Position numbers and translations under genes: made by a program. Positions 41,643-49,431 of a stretch of 51,781 nucleotides of DNA are shown here, piece after piece (position 1 is the first letter of the stretch; every line of letters begins with the position of its first letter). The stretch is from Sulfurihydrogenibium sp. Lineage in GTDB: Bacteria > Aquificota > Aquificia > Aquificales > Hydrogenothermaceae. Location of the stretch: positions 1-51,781 of the forward strand of contig NZ_DAIDMN010000001.1 of the NCBI RefSeq assembly GCF_027448985.1, in the 5' to 3' direction. The notes below the pieces were generated by a model, which was not told where the DNA came from, searched no databases, and worked only from the letters and a program-made list of their open reading frames with translations.

Positions 41643-41694
41643 AATAATAGCCTTACTCTATCTTTTTAATAAAATAGAAGGTTTTAAAGATGTT
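41613..41694 (+). promoter_or_regulatory. stem that can sequester SD and start codon of the TolC-like gene
   Basis: GATATCTTTAAACCT (41613-41627) pairs with AGGTTTTAAAGATGTT (41679-41694): 15 pairs including 2 G-U, one bulge. Confidence 0.6.
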
Positions 41695-42850
41695 CTATGT
41701 TTTACTTATTATGTTGCTTTTGTTATCTGCAAAAGCAGATACTTTAGAAGAGATTTTATCTAAGGTAGATAACAATCCTTATATTAAAAGTAACCTTAAT
41801 ATGGTAAACTCATATGAAGGAGAGATAATAAAAGCAAAGAGTTTTACTAATCCGGAAGGATATATTGAGATGGGAAGAATCGTTGGGAGCAATCCTTCCG
41901 CTGCAATTACAGAAATCTACATCTCTCAGCCACTAAAACTTTACAACCAAAGGAAATATCAGATAGAATCTGCAATCAAAGAAAAAACTTTTCAAAGTTT
42001 TCAGTTTGAAACTTTTAAAAGACAGTATATTTCATCAATATATATGGCTTTTTATGAAGCCCTTTATTATAAGGAACTTTTAAAAATAGTAGAAAAAGAA
42101 ACAGATTTATCTAAGCAAATATTTCAGTTTGTAGAAAAAACCTATAAGTTAGGTGAAGTGGCTAAACTTGATTTATTCAGGTCTACGAAAGAGTATGAGT
42201 TGTCTGTATCAAAGTTGAATCAGTACAAAACACTTTACTTTGAAAGTTTAAAAAATTTATCAGCTTTAGTAGGATACAAAGTAGAGGATGTTGAAGGGGA
42301 CTTTTTCTTTGTGAAAGATATAAAGGATATTGATTTTGAAAATCTTCCGGATATAAAGGCTTTAGATAAAAAAGTTAAATCCTTAGAGTATTTAGAAAAG
42401 TATTACAAAGCCCAGTCTTATCCACAGGTAAGTTTAGGTATTAAAACGAAAGAGATTTCAAGTGGTAAGTATGAAGCCGGATTCATGGTTAACTTTTCCA
42501 TTCCTATATTTTATAGAAATCTTGGTGAAATTGTTTCTGTAAAACATCAAAAATCAAGTTTTGAAGCTTTAAAAGACTATAAAATAAACAATATAAAAAT
42601 AACTTTTTCATCTATCAAAGATAATTATCAATCCATTAAATCAATTTTATCTGATTTAAACAATACTTTACAGATATCAGCTGATGAGCTGAAATTAGCT
42701 GAAAAAAGCTATAAGTTAAAAACCATATCTCTATTTGAGTTTTCCAATGTAAAAACTCAATATTTTGAAACTTTAAAATACAGGTTAGAGCTTTATAAAA
42801 ATTTACATCAACTTTTCAGTAAATATTTAGAAATCGGAGGTCAACTATGA
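41690..42850 (+). CDS. TolC-family outer-membrane factor (CzcC-like)
   Basis: Signal peptide, two helical OEP-like repeats (YKLGEVAKLD, YKLKTISLFE), IPIFYRN; first gene of RND triplet. Confidence 0.88.
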   Translation: MFYVLLIMLLLLSAKADTLEEILSKVDNNPYIKSNLNMVNSYEGEIIKAKSFTNPEGYIEMGRIVGSNPSAAITEIYISQPLKLYNQRKYQIESAIKEKTFQSFQFETFKRQYISSIYMAFYEALYYKELLKIVEKETDLSKQIFQFVEKTYKLGEVAKLDLFRSTKEYELSVSKLNQYKTLYFESLKNLSALVGYKVEDVEGDFFFVKDIKDIDFENLPDIKALDKKVKSLEYLEKYYKAQSYPQVSLGIKTKEISSGKYEAGFMVNFSIPIFYRNLGEIVSVKHQKSSFEALKDYKINNIKITFSSIKDNYQSIKSILSDLNNTLQISADELKLAEKSYKLKTISLFEFSNVKTQYFETLKYRLELYKNLHQLFSKYLEIGGQL

Positions 42851-43893
42851 AAGCTATTATACTTGTATTCTTAATATTATCTTTAACATTTGCCCAAGAA
42901 GTACAGGTAAATTCACAAATACAGAAAAAAATCGGTATTAAAACTATACCGGCAAAATATCAAGAAGTCAGTGTCTATCAAACTTATCCGGCTGTTGTAA
43001 ATGAAGACCCTACTTTGTCTTTCAGTGTTTCTTCTTCGGTAGATGGAATAGTTGATTCTCTTTACGTAAAACAGGGAGATTTTGTTAAAAAAGGTCAGAT
43101 TTTACTTACAGTTTACTCTCCAAAAATTGCAGATATTCAAGCAAATATAGAAATGGCAAAGGTAAAAGTAAGTACCGCAAAACAGGTTTTAGACAGAGAG
43201 GAAATCTTATATAAAGAAGAAGTTATTCCGTATGTCAGATACTACAATGCAAAAATAGAGTACGAGAAAGCTTTAGGAGAACTAAATGCACTAAAGAAAA
43301 TGCTTAACTCTTACGGTGAGATAAAAGGTAACAGTGTGGTTTTAAGAAGTAAAACAACCGGATTTGTTGCAGATATCAAAGTGGTAAAGGGAAGTCCGGT
43401 AAACATAGGTGAACAGATTATGCTTATCCATTCTCATGAAAGATTATGGGTTGTTGCTCAAGTACCATTTAAAGATGTTGAAAGGTTAAAAGTAGGTCAA
43501 ACGGTTTTTGTTATAACACTAACTGGTAAAAAAATTAAAGGAACTTTAAGTTACATTAACCACGAGATAGACCCTAAAACCAGAAGAAATGACGTAAGAG
43601 TAGTTGTAGAAAATGTAGGTAATTTTTTAAAACCTAACCTTTTTGTAAGTGTAGAAATACCAGTTTCTTCGATGAGAGGTCTTGTTATTCCATCTTCCGC
43701 TGTTTTTGTTGAGAATGGTAAAGAGTTTTGCTTTGTAAAAAATAATGATAAATTCGTATTACGGAAGATAAAAACTGGACAAAAAGATGAAAAGTATGCA
43801 GTTGTCTTATCCGGATTAAGAGAAGGAGAAGAAGTAGCTTACACAGGTGTTGTATTCCTTAGGTCTTCCATATTTGGAGGTGCTGGAGAATGA
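42847..43893 (+). CDS. RND periplasmic adaptor (CzcB-like)
   Basis: GDFVKKGQ lipoyl-like motif, IDPKTR, LKPNLF, SGLREGE. Confidence 0.92.
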   Translation: MKAIILVFLILSLTFAQEVQVNSQIQKKIGIKTIPAKYQEVSVYQTYPAVVNEDPTLSFSVSSSVDGIVDSLYVKQGDFVKKGQILLTVYSPKIADIQANIEMAKVKVSTAKQVLDREEILYKEEVIPYVRYYNAKIEYEKALGELNALKKMLNSYGEIKGNSVVLRSKTTGFVADIKVVKGSPVNIGEQIMLIHSHERLWVVAQVPFKDVERLKVGQTVFVITLTGKKIKGTLSYINHEIDPKTRRNDVRVVVENVGNFLKPNLFVSVEIPVSSMRGLVIPSSAVFVENGKEFCFVKNNDKFVLRKIKTGQKDEKYAVVLSGLREGEEVAYTGVVFLRSSIFGGAGE

Positions 43894-46800
43894 TAGACTT
43901 TATTCTAAAATTCAAAGCATTTGTAATATTTTTACTGTTTCTTACGGTTGCCATTGGATACTACTCTTTTAAAACTCTTCCGATAGATACTTTTCCGGAC
44001 CCAACTCCTATTCAAGTAAATATTTATACAGATGCCCCCGGATTGTCTGCAGAAGAAGTGGAAAGTTTGATAACCAAAAAGATAGAGACAGTTATGTCTG
44101 GAATAAAAGATGTTACAACAGTTAGAAGTGTTTCTTTACCGGGACTGTCCTACATATCTGTTTTCTTTAAAGATGGAACAGACGTTTACTTTGCAAGAAG
44201 ACTAATTATGGAAAAACTCTCAGATGCAAAAGCCCAGATTCCACAACAGTACAACCCAATAATGGGTCCAAACAGCTCAGGACTTGGAAATGTCCTTATA
44301 TACGCTTTAGTTTCAAAAAATAAATCTTTGGTAGATTTAAGAACGATACAAGAATGGAAAATAAAGCCTTTGATAAAGGCGGTTGATGGTGTAGAAGAGA
44401 TAAGTCAGTGGGGACCTGAAAAGGCATTTTTGATAAAAGTTTATCCTGATAAACTTCTTTCATACGGACTGTCCTTAGACGATATAAGTAATGCTGTAGA
44501 AAAAAACGGTGGTGTTGCAGGTGGTGGTTTTTCAAAGACATCAGAAGGTGATTTGATAGTAAGGTCAACAAGCTACATAACATCAATCCAAGACATAAAA
44601 AATATTCCTATTTTATCTGAAAATGGGTACTATCTTAAACTTTCTGATGTTGCAGATGTAGAAGTAGGAGAAATTCCAAACAGAAGAGGCGCACTTACTT
44701 TAAATGGTGAAGAAGTTCAAGGAAATATAATCTTAAAGAGAGTAAACACAAATACAAAAGAGTTAGTTGATAAACTTTACAAACAATTTGAAGAAATCAA
44801 AAAAATAATTCCAAAAGATGTTGAGTTAAAAATTCTGTATGACCAATCCTATCTAACTCAAAAAGCAGTTTCAACGGTAGAAAAAGCCTTGATAGAAGGG
44901 ATTATTCTTGTATCTGTAGCTATGGTGTTTTACCTTGGAAATGTAAGGTCAGCTATTTTAGTCGTTTTATCAATACCTATAACCCTTTTAATGGCTTTTA
45001 TCTTTATGAAAGAAGTAGGTTTATCTGGAAACCTTATGTCTTTGTCTGGACTTGCAATCGGTATTGGACTTTTTGCAGATGCAACTGTAGTTGTAGTAGA
45101 AAATATATTTAGACATATGTTTCATAATCAAGAAAATCTGAGTAAAGTTGATATAATTAAAAAATCTGTAAAAGAAGTTATCAAACCTATTGTTTTTGCA
45201 ATTTTAATAATAATTGCTGTATTTTTACCTGTTTTTAGTTTTGAATCGGTAGAAGGTAAATACTACAAACCACTTGCGTTAACTATCATATTTGCTCTCT
45301 TATCATCTTTGATTGTAGCTTTTATTTTTATGCCTGTTTTATCTTACTACTTTTTAGAAAAACCTAAAACAGAAGAAACAAAAATAATGGAATTTGTAAA
45401 CAACTTCTACCATAAACTCTTAAACAGAGTTTTAAGATACGGTAAACCGATTTTAGTCGTAGTGGTAACAGCTTTTGTATTTTCTATATGGATTTTTACT
45501 AAAATCGGTACCGAGTTTGCTCCAACTTTAAACGAAGGCTCGGTTCTGGTAAAGAGTTTTCTCAATCCAAATGTAAGTCTTGAAGAAGCCAAAAGAGTTG
45601 CATCAATTGTCGAGCAAAGAGCAAAAGAGTATCCGGAAGTAGAAAACGCCTTTTCTAACATCGGAAGAGCGGAGAAAGGTGAGCCTGAAGATGTAAACTA
45701 CATAGAGACGTTTATAATTTTAAAACCTTATGACCAATGGAAAAATTTTAAAAGAAGAGAAGATTTTGAAAATCTTTTAAGAGAGAAGTTAAAAGACATT
45801 CCAGGTGTGAGTTTTGGTTTTACACAACCTATTCAGATGAGAATAGATGAACTTTTATCAGGAGTAAAATCTACAGTAGCAATAAAAGTTTTTGGAGATG
45901 ACCTTGATAAAGTAAATCAAATTGGTCATAAGGTAGAGGAGATAGTAAAAAGTACAAAAGGTGCTGTAGATGTAGAAACGGAAGCTCAATCCGGAAAACT
46001 ACAACTTAAAATAACACCTAAAAAAGAAGTTTTATCAAAGTACGGTCTATCAGCCCAAGATATTCTATCAATCTTTGGAAAGTACTTTACCGGATACGAA
46101 GCAAACTATCTAAAAGAAGGGTTGATAACATTTCCAATCATTCTTAGACTTCCTGAAGATTACATAAACAACCTAAGGAAAATAGAAGATATACCTATCA
46201 CTACGAAAGATGGATACCTTTTATCTTTATCGGAAGTGGCAGATATCGAGATTACAGAAGGTTTCTTTAAAATCAGACATGAAAACGGTATAAGGTATGC
46301 CCTTGTTCAATCTAACCTTGAAGGTAGAGACCTTGGAGGATTTATAAATGAGCTGAAAACAAAGATAGACAAAGAAGTAAAGCTTCCGGAAGGTTACTTT
46401 ATTCAATTTTCCGGACAGTTTGAAAATCAAGAAAGGGCTATGAAAAGGCTTTCAATCATAGTTCCGATTGTTGTACTTTTGATTTTTATGCTTTTATACA
46501 TAAACTACAACTCTTTTAAAGATGCTTTAATCGTTATTCTAAATGTTCCGTTTGCAACCATAGGAGGAATACTATCACTTTATCTATCCGGATACAACCT
46601 GTCTGTTCCGGCTGCAATAGGTTTTATAGCCGTTTTTGGTATAGCAACACTAAACGGTGTAGTTTTAATATCCTATATCCGTCAGTTAGTTTTAGAAGGT
46701 AAAAGTGTAGATGATGCTATTACCATTGCCACAAAACTAAGACTTCGTCCAATTCTTATCACTGCAACAGCCGCTTCTTTGGGACTTTTACCTATTCTTT

Positions 46801-46931
46801 TCAGTGGAGATATAGGCTCTGAGACTCAAAAACCTATTGCAATAGTAGTGATAGGAGGGATTTTTACATCAACGATGTTAACTTTGTTGATACTACCTGT
46901 TGTTTATAGATTGTTCACCAAAGGGGCTTAA
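43890..46931 (+). CDS. heavy-metal efflux RND transporter (CzcA/CusA family)
   Basis: LPIDTFPD, GNLMSL, DATVVVVEN, EGKYYKPLA, QPIQMRIDEL, GQFENQ, RLRPILITA. Confidence 0.95.
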   Translation: MIDFILKFKAFVIFLLFLTVAIGYYSFKTLPIDTFPDPTPIQVNIYTDAPGLSAEEVESLITKKIETVMSGIKDVTTVRSVSLPGLSYISVFFKDGTDVYFARRLIMEKLSDAKAQIPQQYNPIMGPNSSGLGNVLIYALVSKNKSLVDLRTIQEWKIKPLIKAVDGVEEISQWGPEKAFLIKVYPDKLLSYGLSLDDISNAVEKNGGVAGGGFSKTSEGDLIVRSTSYITSIQDIKNIPILSENGYYLKLSDVADVEVGEIPNRRGALTLNGEEVQGNIILKRVNTNTKELVDKLYKQFEEIKKIIPKDVELKILYDQSYLTQKAVSTVEKALIEGIILVSVAMVFYLGNVRSAILVVLSIPITLLMAFIFMKEVGLSGNLMSLSGLAIGIGLFADATVVVVENIFRHMFHNQENLSKVDIIKKSVKEVIKPIVFAILIIIAVFLPVFSFESVEGKYYKPLALTIIFALLSSLIVAFIFMPVLSYYFLEKPKTEETKIMEFVNNFYHKLLNRVLRYGKPILVVVVTAFVFSIWIFTKIGTEFAPTLNEGSVLVKSFLNPNVSLEEAKRVASIVEQRAKEYPEVENAFSNIGRAEKGEPEDVNYIETFIILKPYDQWKNFKRREDFENLLREKLKDIPGVSFGFTQPIQMRIDELLSGVKSTVAIKVFGDDLDKVNQIGHKVEEIVKSTKGAVDVETEAQSGKLQLKITPKKEVLSKYGLSAQDILSIFGKYFTGYEANYLKEGLITFPIILRLPEDYINNLRKIEDIPITTKDGYLLSLSEVADIEITEGFFKIRHENGIRYALVQSNLEGRDLGGFINELKTKIDKEVKLPEGYFIQFSGQFENQERAMKRLSIIVPIVVLLIFMLLYINYNSFKDALIVILNVPFATIGGILSLYLSGYNLSVPAAIGFIAVFGIATLNGVVLISYIRQLVLEGKSVDDAITIATKLRLRPILITATAASLGLLPILFSGDIGSETQKPIAIVVIGGIFTSTMLTLLILPVVYRLFTKGA

Positions 46932-46941
46932 AAGCCCCTTT
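46920..46941. terminator. hairpin between convergent czcA-like and SCO genes
   Basis: AAAGGGGCT-TAAA-AGCCCCTTT, short T-runs on both strands. Confidence 0.75.
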
Positions 46942-46947
46942 AAAAAT

Positions 46948-47556
46948 TTATTTTTTTATCAAATATTCAATGTCTTGAATAATTTTATCTTCCGGAAGAT
47001 AGATACCTTTATAATCTTCAACTATATTACCATCTTTATCAATTATAAAAGTTATAACCGGAGTATGAGAAATCATTTTGTGTTTCATCGTATGCTCACC
47101 GTGTTTCATTTCCATCTCTTTTTCTTTAACTTCTATACCGTATGCTTTCCAAACCTTTTTTAAATCTTCCTCCCTTCCAGTTAAAAATGTAAATGTATCA
47201 AAACCATGAGATTCTTTATACCTTTTCAAAACTTCCGAAGTATCTCTTTTAGGGTCAACGGTGATGAATACTATTTGAAATTTATCTTGCAATCCTTTAT
47301 CTTTTAAACCATCAGAGATTCTCTTTAAAGAAGCACTCACCGTAGGACAAACATGTTGACAGTTTGTAAATCCAAAGTAAAGAATAACCACTTTACCTTT
47401 AAAATCAGATAACTTTGTAGGCTTTCCTTCTTCGTTAACCAAATTCTCAACTTCGACCACTTTTTTAGGGTATCCCTTAGTACTTCCCTGTAAAGTGTGA
47501 GCCATAGAGCTTACACTAAAAATAAAAACGACCAAAAAGCCAATCAACCTTTTCAT
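46948..47556 (-). CDS. SCO1/SenC-family copper chaperone
   Basis: FGFTNCQHVCP (CxxxC), ITVDPKRDT, conserved His in ISHT, Met/His-rich loop; GGAGGTG SD. Confidence 0.92.
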   Translation of the reverse strand: MKRLIGFLVVFIFSVSSMAHTLQGSTKGYPKKVVEVENLVNEEGKPTKLSDFKGKVVILYFGFTNCQHVCPTVSASLKRISDGLKDKGLQDKFQIVFITVDPKRDTSEVLKRYKESHGFDTFTFLTGREEDLKKVWKAYGIEVKEKEMEMKHGEHTMKHKMISHTPVITFIIDKDGNIVEDYKGIYLPEDKIIQDIEYLIKK

Positions 47557-47579
47557 AGAAGCACCTCCGTAAATTTTTA

Positions 47580-47593
47580 TTGATTTAAATCAT
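47580..47593. promoter_or_regulatory. FNR/Crp-type box candidate
   Basis: TTGATTTAAATCAT, one mismatch from TTGAT-N4-ATCAA, in a divergent intergenic region (AT-rich background lowers significance). Confidence 0.35.
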
Positions 47594-47727
47594 ATATTAT
47601 TTTTATGTTAAATTCAACTGGAATTTTAACATCTTTTTTATAATTTATATCATCTTTATTATATTGAAATTAAGTCTCAATTAATATATAATAGAAACAA
47701 TAAAGATTTAAATGGAGGTTTTATTTT

Positions 47728-48438
47728 ATAAAAAAGCCTTTAATCTTTTTAATTACTCTTCTTCTTTTTTCATTAAAAGTTTATGCAGGTAAAAAAGCCC
47801 TTATATGGGACGATACTGAAACCCTTGGGACAGGAAACTCCCAAAATGAAAACTATTTTTTCTATAAAAAAACCATGGACGAAAAAGAAGGGAGTTATAT
47901 TTTCAATTTTACCTACGGAGCAAACGACAAAACGGATATAGCTTTAAATGTACCCTTTGGTTACTTAAAAAACTACGAAAACGTTTACACAGATATATCG
48001 GACCCCTCAGTAGAAGTAAAGTATAGGTTTTATGAAAAAGATGGTATTAAGTTTGCAATAAAACCTTTTTTAGGCATTCCAGTTAAACACGATAGTGAAT
48101 TTAGTGAGCATCATTTCAGTTATGGTATTACCTTAGTTTCACAGTTTAACTTAGAAAAGATAACTTTTTATGCAAACTCATCTTACATGGTTCATAAAAA
48201 CCGGATTTTAGGACAGAATGAGTTTTTTCAATCAATCTCAGCGGAGTACAACTTATCCGATAATTTGAGTATAATCTCAACCTTATTTTTGAGTTCTTAC
48301 GGACAAACAGAGGAAGGAGGATTGATAGGTGTAGGATACAGTAAAGGTAAAATTGAGATTAGTTTTGGAATAGGAAAACTTTTTAAACCTCAAAATGATT
48401 ACTCTATCTATAGTGGAATAACCTTCAGATTTTTTTAA
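47728..48438 (+). CDS. outer-membrane beta-barrel protein with probable ATA start
   Basis: Frame open 49 codons upstream of the tracked ATG, giving signal peptide (M)KKPLIFLITLLLFSLKVYA and DDTETLG; GGAGG at 47714-47718; C-terminal Phe. Confidence 0.72.
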   Translation: MKKPLIFLITLLLFSLKVYAGKKALIWDDTETLGTGNSQNENYFFYKKTMDEKEGSYIFNFTYGANDKTDIALNVPFGYLKNYENVYTDISDPSVEVKYRFYEKDGIKFAIKPFLGIPVKHDSEFSEHHFSYGITLVSQFNLEKITFYANSSYMVHKNRILGQNEFFQSISAEYNLSDNLSIISTLFLSSYGQTEEGGLIGVGYSKGKIEISFGIGKLFKPQNDYSIYSGITFRFF

Positions 48439-48443
48439 AGCTG

Positions 48444-48452
48444 TGGTATAAT
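48444..48452 (+). promoter_or_regulatory. extended -10 promoter (TGGTATAAT) for dksA-pncA-polA-recO
   Basis: Perfect TGnTATAAT in the intergenic gap upstream of dksA. Confidence 0.6.
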
Positions 48453-48496
48453 TGAATTTTCTAAGGAAGGTATTAAATTAAATAAAGAGGTTAAAT

Positions 48497-48850
48497 ATGA
48501 ACCACTTAACACCACAACAGATTGAAGAGTTAAAAAACATACTTGTAGAGTGGAAAAACAGACTCATAGAGGATACAAAATCTCAGACTGGAGAAGCTTT
48601 GTCCTTTGAAGGTGCTGACGAGATGGAAAGAGCGGAAGCTGAAGCCGGAAGAATTTTAACATTGAGGACTTTAGACAGAGAAAGAAAGTTATTAAAAAAG
48701 ATAGAAGACACTCTTTTAAAGATAGAGTACGGTGTTTACGGAATATGTGAATCATGTGGAGCTGAGATACCTTACGAGAGACTAAAAGCAAGACCTGTTG
48801 CATCTTTGTGTATAAACTGTAAATTAAAACAGGAAGAAGACGAAGAATGA
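48497..48850 (+). CDS. dksA: DksA/TraR C4 zinc-finger protein
   Basis: Coiled coil, DRERKLLKKI, YGICESCGAEIPYERLKARP..LCINCK. Confidence 0.9.
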   Translation: MNHLTPQQIEELKNILVEWKNRLIEDTKSQTGEALSFEGADEMERAEAEAGRILTLRTLDRERKLLKKIEDTLLKIEYGVYGICESCGAEIPYERLKARPVASLCINCKLKQEEDEE

Positions 48851-49431
48851 AAGTTAGAATAACATCAAAAGACGCTTTAATAGTGGTTGATATGCAAAAC
48901 GATTTTATGCCTTATGGTGCTTTACCTGTTAAAGATGCTGACAAAATCGTTCCTATCATAAATGAGTATGTCTCTATTTTTGAAGAAAAATCAAATCCAG
49001 TTTTTTATACGAGAGATTGGCATCCGGAAAACCACATATCCTTTAAGGGATACGGTGGAATATGGCCTTCACACTGTGTCCAAAATACCGAAGGAGCAAA
49101 ATTCCATCCGGATTTAAAAATTCCATCAGACAACAAATTTATCATATCAAAAGGAACATCACCAGATTTTGACGCTTATTCCGGATTTCAAGGAACAGTT
49201 TTAGATTCTCTTTTAAAAGAAAGAGGTGTAAAGAGGATTTTTGTGTGTGGTGTTGCAACAGATTTTTGTGTTAAAAACACGGTTATAGGTGGTTTAAATC
49301 TTGGATATCAAGTTTTCATTCTTACAGATGCTATAAAAGCAGTTTTTCCGGATAAAGAAAATCAAGTAATAAATCAGTTGTTGGACCAAACAGCAGTTGC
49401 GATTACAATAGAAGATACTGATGCAGGTTGA
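48847..49431 (+). CDS. pncA: nicotinamidase/pyrazinamidase
   Basis: VDMQNDF, DWHP, WPSHCV, SKG, GVATDFCV. Confidence 0.95.
   Translation: MKVRITSKDALIVVDMQNDFMPYGALPVKDADKIVPIINEYVSIFEEKSNPVFYTRDWHPENHISFKGYGGIWPSHCVQNTEGAKFHPDLKIPSDNKFIISKGTSPDFDAYSGFQGTVLDSLLKERGVKRIFVCGVATDFCVKNTVIGGLNLGYQVFILTDAIKAVFPDKENQVINQLLDQTAVAITIEDTDAG

Noticed and set aside
47712-47792. 26-codon ORF from the ATG at 47712 as the true start of the OM protein
   Set aside because: Out of frame, overlaps the GGAGG itself and has no SD of its own; the ATA frame gives a proper signal peptide
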